DNA of 53,782 nucleotides from IMG/VR virus record IMGVR_UViG_3300033149_004295, positions 1 through 53,782 of that record. One strand, given 5' to 3'. Within the stretch, counting starts at the first letter, position 1. Each line of letters opens with the position of its first letter. Below the pieces are notes generated by a model that saw nothing but the letters and a program-made list of their open reading frames with translations, was not told the origin of the DNA and made no database searches. Made by a program: the position numbers and the translations under genes. This document shows, one piece after another, positions 1 to 8,627 of the stretch. The stretch comes from a virus.

Positions 1-114
1 AGGCACAAGAAAAGAATTGTCATCTATAACGAGGCTAAGGAAAGGGACGAGACTATAGAGAGGTACAAGAGGGACCCTACTCCCCTCGTAATAGTGGCTC
101 CAAGCATGGAAAGA
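1..114. repeat. Terminal direct repeat, identical to nt 53669-53782. This is the assembly overlap of a circular or circularly permuted molecule with a unique length of 53668 bp.
   Basis: Read directly: both copies begin aggcacaagaaaagaattgtc and end caagcatggaaaga. An ORF crosses the junction in frame. Confidence 0.95.
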
Positions 115-408
115 GGTATCGACCTGCCAGGTGACTTGTGCCGTGTGGTAATCGTCCTTAAAATGCCTTTTCCTTATCTCGGCGATGCTCAGGTAAGCAG
201 CAGGCTATACGGCTCAAAGGACGGCAGGATATGGTATACAACAGAAACTATACGTTCGGTGGTCCAGGCTACCGGAAGGGGGGTGAGGCACGAAAAAGAC
301 AAATGTACGATTTATATCCTCGATAAGCAGTTCGGGAGGATTTTTAAGGAGTACAGAAACGCCTTCCCGAGCTGGTGGAGAGAAGCGCTCCGAGTTAAAA
401 AGAATTAA
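1..408 (+). CDS. C-terminal ~135 aa of the SWIM/DinG(XPD)-like SF2 helicase that starts at 51971 and wraps the junction
   Basis: The frame is open from nt 1. Codon 112-114 equals codon 53780-53782. A motif VI-like QATGRGVRH is present. Stop at 406-408. Confidence 0.85.
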   Translation, partial: RHKKRIVIYNEAKERDETIERYKRDPTPLVIVAPSMERGIDLPGDLCRVVIVLKMPFPYLGDAQVSSRLYGSKDGRIWYTTETIRSVVQATGRGVRHEKDKCTIYILDKQFGRIFKEYRNAFPSWWREALRVKKN

Positions 409-430
409 TTAACTGAAAGGAGAGGTAGAA

Positions 431-1195
431 TTGCCAGAAAAACAATTTGACCCGTGGGAAACTTCATCAGGATTGCCCGACGATTTTGACTTCTACATTA
501 CCAGGGCGGAGTTCGGTTACATCCCCGAGTACACCGACAACGCGGGAGAACCGCAGTTACTGCTTCTGCTCTACGGCGAGTCTCCGGACGTGGAGCTTGA
601 CAGACCGATACCTTACTCCGTAGGTAAGGGTTGGCAGCCGGTAAAAGGCGGCAAGGAAGTGGTGCACGAGGACGGCAAAAAGCTGTTCGTAAGCACCAGC
701 ATGTACGGTCGGTTTATAGAAAGAGTGGTTAAAGAGTTGGGAGTGGACATGAGGTCCAGGGGATTGCCCCAAGACGCTACCGTTTGGGAAGGCTTAGGCT
801 TCCACATGAAAAGAGAGAAAATTGAATACCCCGGCCTCATGAGTGACCGTGGAGGCGCAACCGAAAGATTGATGCCGACCAAGTTCCTGGGCGAGAAAGG
901 CAAAAAAACTAAAGGTAAAAGCAGGGCCGAGACTAAAGAACCGGCTAGCAAGGAAGCTAAAGAAGCAGCTAGCGAACCGGAAGAAAAGAAAGAAGCCGCA
1001 GCCGGCGAGTCTGGCGGTCCTCCCAAGAAGCTGATTAAGAAGCTGGAAATACTGGCGCGCAAGACCGACGATTACAATGAATTTACGGACAAGGCTATGG
1101 ATGACGAAGAAGTTATGCAATACGACAATCTTGTTGACGACATCATAGACGACTCGGAGGACGGCTTCTGGGCACGTGCCAGGGCCAAAAAATAG
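431..1195 (+). CDS. Hypothetical protein, possibly an ssDNA-binding or recombination accessory protein
   Basis: TTG start after a GGAGAGG RBS; 254 aa. Has a K/E-rich linker and an acidic C-terminal tail (DDIIDDSEDGFW) like SSB tails. No family recognised. Confidence 0.45.
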   Translation: MPEKQFDPWETSSGLPDDFDFYITRAEFGYIPEYTDNAGEPQLLLLLYGESPDVELDRPIPYSVGKGWQPVKGGKEVVHEDGKKLFVSTSMYGRFIERVVKELGVDMRSRGLPQDATVWEGLGFHMKREKIEYPGLMSDRGGATERLMPTKFLGEKGKKTKGKSRAETKEPASKEAKEAASEPEEKKEAAAGESGGPPKKLIKKLEILARKTDDYNEFTDKAMDDEEVMQYDNLVDDIIDDSEDGFWARARAKK

Positions 1196-1206
1196 GAGGA
1201 TTTAAA

Positions 1207-2205
1207 ATGACCGAGGTTGAGAACAGGCCGATTGCCTATATCAACAAGGACGGGCGTCCGACCTACCGCATGTCGGCGGCGGGCGTCTGTCCCATCGCCC
1301 TCGGTGCGGCACGTCTGGGATACAAGCCTTTAAATGCTCCCGATTTCCTTATGCGTGCGGCACGCGAGGGTAAAAGACACGAACCGTGGGTAATCGAGGA
1401 CCTGAAAAGCGAAGGGTGGGAAATAACCGACCGGCAGAAAGAAGTGGTCATTAGAAAGCCGGCACTGGTTTTAGAAGGGCATATAGACGGAAAAGCGCAA
1501 AAAAATGGCGAGCAAAGGCTGCTCGAAATAAAAACAATGTCAAAGGCAAGGTTTGAGAGTTTTGTGCGGTACGGTCTTAAAACCGAAGAATTTTATACCT
1601 ATGCCGCACAAATAACAGTATATCACAACGCCGTTAAATTGCCCATACTCTATGTTGTTAAATGCAGGGATAACGGAGAAATAAAAATACTTCCTTTAAA
1701 CGGGCCGCCTCTCGACTTCGACGAGATATACAAAAAATTTATTAGGATAGAGAGGTATGCAAGAAAAGGACAACTGCCAAATATGGACGGCTGTAAGAGA
1801 GGTTCGTTTGAAGAGTTTATATGTCAGTATAAGCACATTTGTCCCGTAGTGGCGGAGGAAAAGGTGGAAGGAAAGGTAGATAAGCTGCCTGATGCGCTCG
1901 CAGTGTATGCCGACGTGTACAGGCAGGGAAAGGCACTTGAAGAGGAAGGCAAGACTTTAATGAACGAGGCCAGGGAGAAGTTTAAAGAAGAAATGACGGA
2001 GCTAGGGATTAATAAAGCGTCTCAGTTCGGTTTGTCAATAAGCAGGTACGACGGCGAGAGAAAAAGCGTTGCCGTAAAAAATCTGGAAAAAGCTTTAAAC
2101 AAACACGTTAAGGACAAAAAAATTATAGATAAAGTGCTTAAAGACGCAATAACTGTGAGTAAATTTCCCAACACGATACGTATTCAGGACCTGCTTCAAT
2201 CATAG
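1207..2205 (+). CDS. PD-(D/E)XK nuclease, Cas4/RecB-exonuclease-like with probable Fe-S cysteines
   Basis: D..ExK core (EGHIDG...LLEIKT). One N-terminal Cys plus C-x9-C-x5-C near residue 195. RBS AGGAGG upstream of the ATG. Confidence 0.75.
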   Translation: MTEVENRPIAYINKDGRPTYRMSAAGVCPIALGAARLGYKPLNAPDFLMRAAREGKRHEPWVIEDLKSEGWEITDRQKEVVIRKPALVLEGHIDGKAQKNGEQRLLEIKTMSKARFESFVRYGLKTEEFYTYAAQITVYHNAVKLPILYVVKCRDNGEIKILPLNGPPLDFDEIYKKFIRIERYARKGQLPNMDGCKRGSFEEFICQYKHICPVVAEEKVEGKVDKLPDALAVYADVYRQGKALEEEGKTLMNEAREKFKEEMTELGINKASQFGLSISRYDGERKSVAVKNLEKALNKHVKDKKIIDKVLKDAITVSKFPNTIRIQDLLQS

Positions 2206-2207
2206 GG

Positions 2208-2411
2208 GTGTTGTCCGTGAAGTGTTCAAGGTGCGGCAAAGAAAAAAGAGCGATAATCATGAACCTAAATGTGGAGCTGGTTATCAACTACCCTAAAATG
2301 ATTACAAAAAGATTGCTCTTGAAGAAGATATGTGTTGATTGTGCAAAAGAGATACTTACTCTTGAGAGTCACATTACTATACAGAAAATGTATCCAAACC
2401 ACTTCTGTTAG
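2208..2411 (+). CDS. Small zinc-ribbon protein
   Basis: CSRCG...CVDC cysteine pairs; 67 aa; tightly packed between neighbouring genes. Confidence 0.5.
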   Translation: MLSVKCSRCGKEKRAIIMNLNVELVINYPKMITKRLLLKKICVDCAKEILTLESHITIQKMYPNHFC

Positions 2412-2427
2412 AAAGGAGAGGGCGACG

Positions 2428-3405
2428 TTGACCGAGAGGATAAACTGGAAAGACGTTTACAAGGAAGTTATAAAAGACGACGCAGGCAAGAAAGACTTTA
2501 TCGAGCCTGTAAGCGATATACGGATGAATAACGACGCGAGGCTGGTAACGAGCAGCAATAAGGAAGGCTTTGAGCTTAACGGCTGGAGCTTGGGACAAGC
2601 GTTGGGCAGATTAAGAGTTCCTGGCTTGCCAAGATACGGGAGATTTCTATATGAGAAGGGAGAGACGGAACTTTTGTCCCAACAATTTAACCGCTGGAAA
2701 AAAAGAGTAGAAGACGACGACAAGTCCTGGATGCTGCGAACCAAGAGGGGCGTATGCAGGGCCGTCCTTTCAAACAGGTACAGCAAGCTGGACAACCGGT
2801 TTATAGTTAGCTGCATACGGTCCATTTCCCGGGAAATAGACCTGGAGGTAGTTAACTGGAACCTGGACGACCTGTATATGAACCTGCGCGTGAAACTGCC
2901 GAACATGACTAAAAACATAGGTACGGTACAGACCGGAGACGAGGTTTCAGTGGGCTTGCACATTACCAACAGTGAGGTAGGGGCAAGCGCGGTGTATATT
3001 CATGTCATAGTCTATCGTTTAGTGTGCTCCAACGGGCTTGTAGTAGGAGGGGATGAGTCAATTTTCCAGAGAAGGCACGTGCATATAGGAGAGCAAAGGA
3101 TGAGGGATATAGTCAATGAAAATATCAGCGAGCTTTTAGACAGGGGTAAAAAGCAAATAGAAAGATATGCAGCAACAAGAGACGAGAAGGTTGACTATCC
3201 GGAAGAACTAATTAGAAAATTGTCCAAACGCCAGGGATACAGCGAAGACTTTGCGGAAACCGTGATCCAGAACTACCGCGAGGAAGCTGAACCCACAAAG
3301 TACGGGGTAATCAACGCATATACGAGGGCCGCGCGGAACCTGCCTTTTGAAAGAAGGATAGAAGTCGAAAAATTTGCCGGCAGGCTGCTGGACGAGAGAA
3401 TTTAA
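2428..3405 (+). CDS. DUF932-family phage/plasmid protein
   Basis: LHITNSEVGASAV...YRLVCSNGLV resembles the DUF932 core. I moved the start to the in-frame TTG at 2428, behind a GAAAGGAGAGG RBS; the track ORF starts at 2332. Confidence 0.65.
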   Translation: MTERINWKDVYKEVIKDDAGKKDFIEPVSDIRMNNDARLVTSSNKEGFELNGWSLGQALGRLRVPGLPRYGRFLYEKGETELLSQQFNRWKKRVEDDDKSWMLRTKRGVCRAVLSNRYSKLDNRFIVSCIRSISREIDLEVVNWNLDDLYMNLRVKLPNMTKNIGTVQTGDEVSVGLHITNSEVGASAVYIHVIVYRLVCSNGLVVGGDESIFQRRHVHIGEQRMRDIVNENISELLDRGKKQIERYAATRDEKVDYPEELIRKLSKRQGYSEDFAETVIQNYREEAEPTKYGVINAYTRAARNLPFERRIEVEKFAGRLLDERI

Positions 3406-3417
3406 GGAGGGTACAAA

Positions 3418-4257
3418 TTGAGAAACGTACCGGAACGAATACTCGTATACGGCTATCCGGGAAGCGGCAAGTCTTACCAATTCCTGAAAATCGCGGACTT
3501 CATGCTGAAATTTAACCCGAAAGCAAAGTGCTATATATTCGACACCGACGACGCATACACGAGAATGTTATTCTCCGACAGGTTTTCTCACCTGCCGGCG
3601 GCAGACAGCGATTTAGGTATGGAGATCGGCTCCAGCGGCAACTGCTACGTCTACCCGGTTTTTGAGTGGCCTGAATGGGAAGAAAAATTGGAGCGGATAT
3701 ACAAAAAGGTGAAACCGGGAGATTGGGTTTGTGTTGACAGGGCTGACGTCCTGTGGGAAGCAATACAGGAATACTACGTGGAGCAAGTTTTTGGCGCAAA
3801 AATGGGAGACTACTTCCTCCGGGCACGTATGGAGATGCAGCAGCTTGTAGAAAAAGGCGGGAAAGAAAAGAAAAACCTCGTCGTGCTCGAAGGAGACAAG
3901 GACTGGCAGGTGATCAACAGGTTATATAAGCAGTTGTGGACAAAGATGATTGCCCCGGGCTTTCCGGCGCACCTGTACGTGGCAACAGTGGCAAAAGAAA
4001 TCCAAAAGAGGGATGAGCAGATAATCAAAGATACTTACGGCTGGATAGGAGCGCAGCCTGGGGGACAGAAACACCTTGCTTACCAGGTCCATACGGTGCT
4101 ATACCTGAGCAACCATAAAGACGAGTGGTTTGTTACAACAATTGACGACCGGGAGAGGGAATATTTCGACAGAGAAGAACTGCACAGCCTGCCTACGCAG
4201 TACCTGGTCAAGATCGGCAAGTGGAGGCGCAGCAAGAAAAGGAGTAGAGTTTCTTGA
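3418..4257 (+). CDS. P-loop NTPase (AAA_24/Sak4-like). It is the only Walker-A protein here besides the helicase.
   Basis: Walker A is YGYPGSGKS and Walker B-like is WVCVDRAD. TTG start after a GGAGGG RBS. Confidence 0.6.
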   Translation: MRNVPERILVYGYPGSGKSYQFLKIADFMLKFNPKAKCYIFDTDDAYTRMLFSDRFSHLPAADSDLGMEIGSSGNCYVYPVFEWPEWEEKLERIYKKVKPGDWVCVDRADVLWEAIQEYYVEQVFGAKMGDYFLRARMEMQQLVEKGGKEKKNLVVLEGDKDWQVINRLYKQLWTKMIAPGFPAHLYVATVAKEIQKRDEQIIKDTYGWIGAQPGGQKHLAYQVHTVLYLSNHKDEWFVTTIDDREREYFDREELHSLPTQYLVKIGKWRRSKKRSRVS

Positions 4258-4934
4258 AAATATTAGTCTCTCCCGCTGAACCGGCAGAAATAAAACGCCA
4301 GCTACGGAGTGCGATTACAAATGCCGTAACCCATTCCCTGCCCGAAAAATACGGGGCCGATTTTCTAATGATGGGTCCTCCTGGAAGGCTGGCAGTTCAA
4401 AGAAAGACTATAGAGGACCTGCTCGCCTCCGTGGAAGATGGAAGGCTGGCCCGGGAAATAGTCTTGCTAAAGCGCACACAGTTTCCCGTACTGCTGGTAG
4501 AAGGCAGGCCGGTATACACTACCGAAGGCAATTTAATATCGCCGTACCGCTCCAGGTTTACTAGGAAGCAGATTAGAAACATCATACGTTCGGTGCAGTT
4601 CGTGCACGGCATATCGGTTGAAAGGACAGATTCAGTCCTCGACACGGTGGGTGCCCTTCAGGAGATGGCCGAGTGGTTCACGAAAGGTGAACACCGGTCG
4701 CTCCTGGGCCGCCCCAAAAGAGCGGCTAGAAACGCCTGGTATACGAGAGAGGATAGGGATTGGGGGAGGTTTTTGCTGCAAGGGTTTCCCGGTATCGGCT
4801 CGACACTGGCGGAGGCGATATTCGACCACTTTGGCCGCGTTCCGCTCAGGTGGGATTGCACTAAGGAAGAGCTGCTTGAAATTGAGGGTATTGGTAAAAA
4901 GAGGGCCGGCGAGCTGTGGAGGATGCTGGAGTAG
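4254..4934 (+). CDS. ERCC4/XPF/Hef-type structure-specific nuclease with a C-terminal (HhH)2
   Basis: GADFLM...VQRKTIEDLLASVEDGRL matches the ERCC4 GDxn-ERKxxxD motif. C-terminal FPGIGSTLAEAI and IEGIGKKRAGEL are HhH motifs. Confidence 0.8.
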   Translation: MKILVSPAEPAEIKRQLRSAITNAVTHSLPEKYGADFLMMGPPGRLAVQRKTIEDLLASVEDGRLAREIVLLKRTQFPVLLVEGRPVYTTEGNLISPYRSRFTRKQIRNIIRSVQFVHGISVERTDSVLDTVGALQEMAEWFTKGEHRSLLGRPKRAARNAWYTREDRDWGRFLLQGFPGIGSTLAEAIFDHFGRVPLRWDCTKEELLEIEGIGKKRAGELWRMLE

Positions 4935-4963
4935 AAGGAGAGGAAAGAAAGGAGAGGAAAGAC

Positions 4964-5539
4964 GTGCAGAAAGATAAGTGCAAAGACAAATACCTAGTGA
5001 GAGTTCATTATAAACACCATGACGCAATAGATAAATTATCTAACTGCTTGAAGAAAGTACCATGGGATCGCACTGTTATTCTATGTATCGGCAGTGACCT
5101 CAGCACGGGAGACAGCCTCGGGCCGCTCGTAGGTCACTTTTTGAAATATAGAGTAACTATGCCGGTATACGGTACTTTGAAAGACACGGTTCATGCGACA
5201 AATGTAAGCAAAGTCGTTTCAACTATTAAGGAAAAACACAATAATCCGTTTATTTTGGCGGTAGATTCATCCTTGTCAGAGATAGAAAATATTGGCATGA
5301 TAACTGTTCGTGAGGGGCCTATCGAGCCGGGAAAAGCCGTAAATAAAGATATTGAGCCGGTAGGGGATATGTCAATTACAGGGGTTGTCAACGCTGTAGG
5401 TTTCCCCGGACGGATAGAATATGCAATAATCAGTTCTACGCCGCTTAGTAGAGTATATGCTATGGCTTCGGTAATAGCAGAGAGCATCCATGAGTCGGCT
5501 AAAAAAGCGGAGTATTCGCAAGTTACTCGACGCGGTTAA
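4964..5539 (+). CDS. yyaC: YyaC-like (GPR-family) sporulation-associated protease homologue
   Basis: ILCIGSDLSTGDSLGPLVG...YGTL...VHATN...NPFILAVDSSL...GPIEPGKAVNKD follows the YyaC pattern. In-frame GTG start after an AAAGGAGAGG RBS. Confidence 0.75.
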   Translation: MQKDKCKDKYLVRVHYKHHDAIDKLSNCLKKVPWDRTVILCIGSDLSTGDSLGPLVGHFLKYRVTMPVYGTLKDTVHATNVSKVVSTIKEKHNNPFILAVDSSLSEIENIGMITVREGPIEPGKAVNKDIEPVGDMSITGVVNAVGFPGRIEYAIISSTPLSRVYAMASVIAESIHESAKKAEYSQVTRRG

Positions 5540-5545
5540 ATAAAA

Positions 5546-5992
5546 GTGTCCAGGGTGATAGTTATGAGACTTTTACTAGCAACTGCCTTGGTGACGGCAA
5601 CTGTATTATCTTTTGCGCCAAAAGCGGAGGCACCCGTGGGTGTATATATCCATATATCGGATCCTTGGGTGGTTGAGAAACCCTGTAAGTCATACATCAT
5701 GCTGGCTACGGCTTACACCCACTGCAAGAATAAAAACGGGGATATTAACGGCACCGGCGACGGCTTTACTGCCACTATGACCAGGCCCAAGGTTGGGACT
5801 ATAGCGGTGGACCCGGAAGTTATACCTCTAGGTTCCAGGATGTGGGTTGAAGGCTACGGGTATGGAAGGGCCGAGGACGTTGGGGGATTAATAAAAGGTC
5901 ACAAAATTGACGTATTCTTCGAGACTGAGAAAAAGTGCTTCGAGTGGGGCCGCAGGTGGGTTAAGGTGCGGGTATATGAGAATAGTAATTGA
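5546..5992 (+). CDS. Secreted 3D-domain (RlpA/MltA-like double-psi beta-barrel) cell-wall protein
   Basis: Signal peptide MRLLLATALVTATVLSFAPKAEA. ATAYT...GTIAVDPEVIPLGSRMWVEGYGYGRAEDVGGLIKGHKIDVFF is a typical 3D domain. An alternative start is the ATG at 5564. Confidence 0.75.
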   Translation: MSRVIVMRLLLATALVTATVLSFAPKAEAPVGVYIHISDPWVVEKPCKSYIMLATAYTHCKNKNGDINGTGDGFTATMTRPKVGTIAVDPEVIPLGSRMWVEGYGYGRAEDVGGLIKGHKIDVFFETEKKCFEWGRRWVKVRVYENSN

Positions 5993-6006
5993 AAGGTGAC
6001 TGAATA

Positions 6007-6339
6007 ATGGGTAAAAAGTTAAATTGGAAAGAAGCAAAACAACTGATTGAAAAAGAGAAAGATAAAGGATTAATAGGGGTGTCGGCGGGTTTAAAAAATA
6101 CCGATATGTCCTGGGCAAACATCTGGTATAAGGGGAAGTATATTAACCCGACAAATGAAGATACCCCATATAAAGGCATATTTGCAAGCACTTATGATAT
6201 TCCCACAATTTCTCTCTTTTATGAAAAGCAGGGACAAGGCAAAATTACCAAGTTTGAAAAACCCTGTTTTATCGAGTGTAGTCCTGTAAATATAGAGGAT
6301 ATAAGATGCCCTGACTGGTGGGCCTTGCCGGAGGGTTAA
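6007..6339 (+). CDS. Hypothetical protein
   Basis: 110-aa ORF in the co-directional gene array; no recognisable motif. Confidence 0.5.
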   Translation: MGKKLNWKEAKQLIEKEKDKGLIGVSAGLKNTDMSWANIWYKGKYINPTNEDTPYKGIFASTYDIPTISLFYEKQGQGKITKFEKPCFIECSPVNIEDIRCPDWWALPEG

Positions 6340-6377
6340 TTATATGGACAACGAGAGTTAAGGGGGAGAGAGTAAAA

Positions 6378-6557
6378 GTGATAACTGAACATGATTTATC
6401 GAAAAAAATTAAAGGAAAAGTTGTATATAAGGTTATCGCAGGAGATAGCAGCGGTATAATTATTAAGTTTACAGATGGAAGTCAAGTTAGAATATCTCCC
6501 GGACATTATATGCTAAATATTTATTTTGGCAAAATAGTTGAGGAGGAAATTAATTAA
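6378..6557 (+). CDS. Hypothetical small protein
   Basis: In-frame GTG after a GGGGGAGAG RBS; the track ORF starts at 6318. Confidence 0.45.
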   Translation: MITEHDLSKKIKGKVVYKVIAGDSSGIIIKFTDGSQVRISPGHYMLNIYFGKIVEEEIN

Positions 6558-6583
6558 AAGGAGCGTTTGATTAAAGAGTTGTT

Positions 6584-6820
6584 ATGAGAAAGCCACATTG
6601 GGAAAGGGGCTACCGTTGTTGGGGTTACTGGCTAGACAACGAGCGTTTAGGCTTTATCGGACTTATACCGAGGTTGCCCGGAAAGAAAACAAAATTTTTA
6701 TGCAGCATAGACATAATCCCATACCCTTATTCTAAGCCTGTTGAAAAAGAAACGCTCAAGGAAGCAAAGCGGTATGTTGAGGGAGTGGTTCACGAGAAGC
6801 TTAATTCTGGAGGTCAGTAA
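6584..6820 (+). CDS. Hypothetical protein
   Basis: 78-aa ORF, co-directional and non-overlapping. Confidence 0.45.
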   Translation: MRKPHWERGYRCWGYWLDNERLGFIGLIPRLPGKKTKFLCSIDIIPYPYSKPVEKETLKEAKRYVEGVVHEKLNSGGQ

Positions 6821-6822
6821 AA

Positions 6823-7017
6823 ATGTCTCAAACGACCTTTAAGAAAGAAGATACAGGCATGGATTATGACGAAACCTTTCCGTATGAAGAAACTTCAAGA
6901 GTACCTCTTTGTTGGGATTGCAGGTTCAGGTATAACCTGCCTCAAGTCGCTCCTTGTTGCGATTGTGCGGGCCTTTACGATACGGGAAGGTCATATTTTC
7001 AGGAATTTAATTGGTGA
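6823..7017 (+). CDS. Hypothetical Cys-rich small protein
   Basis: CWDC...CCDC cysteine pairs. The ATG lies 3 nt after the upstream stop. Confidence 0.45.
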   Translation: MSQTTFKKEDTGMDYDETFPYEETSRVPLCWDCRFRYNLPQVAPCCDCAGLYDTGRSYFQEFNW

Positions 7018-7069
7018 ACATTTCAAAGAAAACGTGTATTACGTTTAGAATACAAAGGAGGCAATACCA

Positions 7070-7375
7070 ATGAGAGTATACAAGGTTAAGAATTGTAGTC
7101 CAAAAGAACCCATTTACAAAATAGTTGAAGTAGAAGTTGAGAGGTTGGAATATCCGCTTAAAGACAGCGAAGAGGATACTATTCACCCAAATACCCATTT
7201 TACAACAAAGGAAGAAGCGTACAACAAAGCAATATCATTATGTGATTCGGCAATAGAATGTTTGGCTAGGGATTTAAAACATTATCAGAAAAAAATAGAG
7301 AAACTTAAATCTCTTATAGCAAGGTATGCGATAGCCAAAAACAGTTTAATAGATAAGAAATGCTGGAGTTTGTGA
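7070..7375 (+). CDS. Hypothetical protein
   Basis: ATG after an AAAGGAGG RBS; 101 aa. Confidence 0.55.
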   Translation: MRVYKVKNCSPKEPIYKIVEVEVERLEYPLKDSEEDTIHPNTHFTTKEEAYNKAISLCDSAIECLARDLKHYQKKIEKLKSLIARYAIAKNSLIDKKCWSL

Positions 7376-7384
7376 AAAGCTTAA

Positions 7385-8002
7385 TTGTATGCAGGGGAGG
7401 TTTTAGAAGTGAAAGAGATACTAGAGAATTTAAAAAGGTTTGCCGATGAGCATAACCTTAAACTTGTTACCAAGGGTGAAGTTGGCTTCGGCAGGCCGTG
7501 CGTCGGTTTCTTGGACAAACGTGGCGACCACTACTTGGAGTATAACCCCGTGTCTTACTCCAACTGCTTAATAAATGGATTGAACATAGCTAACATAGCT
7601 TTTGTAGAAGATCTGTATGACACAGACCTTTACGCGCCGGAAGGCGTTGACTCTTATCACAAACATAACTGTTTTGTCGTGCTTGTACAGGATAACGACT
7701 ACAAAGAAGCTCTTAGGCAGCTTAATAAATGGATTGAACATATAGAATCTATTGGCAAGGTTGAAGTCGTGTCGTACAAAACCGGCGCGACCGGATTGCA
7801 GGCAATGGTTTCAGGGACGACAGGATATGCTTTGAGGTTTGTTGAGAAGTTTGCAAAGGTTTATGTTGTATATCGTAAAGAAAGTCCTTTTGAGATTGAG
7901 CTTGTTACCGCCAGCAAAGCAAAAGCTGAGGAATACTGCAAAACAGAAAATATGTTTGGGGAACGTGTATACAAGTACAAAGAGTTTGAATTGGAGAATT
8001 GA
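7385..8002 (+). CDS. Hypothetical protein
   Basis: 205-aa ORF. The in-frame GTG at 7409, behind a GGGGAGG RBS, is the more likely start. Confidence 0.55.
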   Translation: MYAGEVLEVKEILENLKRFADEHNLKLVTKGEVGFGRPCVGFLDKRGDHYLEYNPVSYSNCLINGLNIANIAFVEDLYDTDLYAPEGVDSYHKHNCFVVLVQDNDYKEALRQLNKWIEHIESIGKVEVVSYKTGATGLQAMVSGTTGYALRFVEKFAKVYVVYRKESPFEIELVTASKAKAEEYCKTENMFGERVYKYKEFELEN

Positions 8003-8019
8003 ATAAGGATTAGTTATTT

Positions 8020-8207
8020 CTCCCCCGGGCCTGTCCCCGGGCAGCAGGATAGGGCTCTGCAGTTTGGCCGTCTGCAACCCGAGCGGCTGTTCGGGCGCAT
8101 ACCGGATAGGTACTCCGGGCTGCTACTGTGCGGCTTGTCGCTAAGTCATACCTCCCAATATTTACCGGCAGGCTGCTGCCGCGCGGCCCGGGGAGAGGCC
8201 CGGGGGT
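8020..8207. other. GC-rich ~190-bp intergenic element bounded by 23-bp imperfect inverted repeats. It is either a structured RNA or a MITE-like insertion.
   Basis: 8022-8031 cccccgggcc pairs with 8197-8206, and 8035-8042 ccccgggc pairs with 8186-8193. Inside are three hairpins: tgcag/ctgca, cccga/tcggg and ccgga/tccgg. It contains four CCCGGG sites. Confidence 0.5.
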
Positions 8208-8229
8208 ACATCAAGAAGGTGTCTAAAGA

Positions 8230-8415
8230 ATGAATATGCGCAACCAGGTAAAGTATTTCTCGGTAAAAATGAGAGAAAGGCTCGAATATAAATGCGACCG
8301 CTTTTTGGTAAAAGTCGAGCGTACAATGCTCGGCTGCAGCGACTCTTTATTTTGGGCCGTGCTAATACTTGTCGCTATTTTTCTAATAATTCAGTTGCTA
8401 AGGCAAGTGATTTAG
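8230..8415 (+). CDS. Hypothetical small membrane protein
   Basis: 61 aa with the C-terminal hydrophobic helix FWAVLILVAIFLIIQLL. Confidence 0.4.
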   Translation: MNMRNQVKYFSVKMRERLEYKCDRFLVKVERTMLGCSDSLFWAVLILVAIFLIIQLLRQVI

Positions 8416-8417
8416 AC

Positions 8418-8627
8418 ATGCGTAAGGGTGACGTAGTAAGGTTTAAATTCAACGGTGTCAGGGAGTGGATGGTAAAGGGCTTTTCTTCGCCGTTTGTAAT
8501 ACTGGTGAACCCCAATAACCCTGAGCATGAACTGCGTACACATAGAGATAACCTGGAGATTATAAAGAGAGTTAAGAGAAAGAAAGGAGGAAAATCATGC
8601 AAGAAGCACTTTTCTGGAGGACGGTAA
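8418..8627 (+). CDS. Hypothetical small protein
   Basis: The in-frame ATG at 8418 inside track ORF 8292-8627 avoids overlap with 8230-8415. Confidence 0.4.
   Translation: MRKGDVVRFKFNGVREWMVKGFSSPFVILVNPNNPEHELRTHRDNLEIIKRVKRKKGGKSCKKHFSGGR

Noticed and set aside
557-1120. Minus-strand ORFs overlapping 431-1195, and similar shadow ORFs throughout (for example 2457-2969, 3512-3826, 4618-4977, 12368-12652, 16342-16686, 29427-29817, 37817-38296, 43602-44141, 47032-47577, 52957-53628)
   Set aside because: They lie antisense or out of frame within longer ORFs that have recognisable domains or RBSs. They lack RBSs and have low-complexity or odd composition. I treat them as frame shadows.
3418-4257. 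The 279-aa P-loop protein as the genome-packaging ATPase or terminase
   Set aside because: Its Walker A context and the pattern around GAQPGGQKHLAYQVHTVLYL look like AAA_24/Sak4-type recombination ATPases. It also sits in the recombination module (Cas4-like nuclease, DUF932, ERCC4), far from the structural operon. I keep it as a possibility only in the finding on missing packaging genes.
8020-8207. The GC-rich structured element as tmRNA, SRP RNA, RNase P RNA or a riboswitch
   Set aside because: No tRNA-like end, no tag ORF, no SRP domain IV motif (GGAA/AGCA symmetric loop) and no recognisable riboswitch core were visible. The size and shape fit none of these, so it stays an unclassified element.
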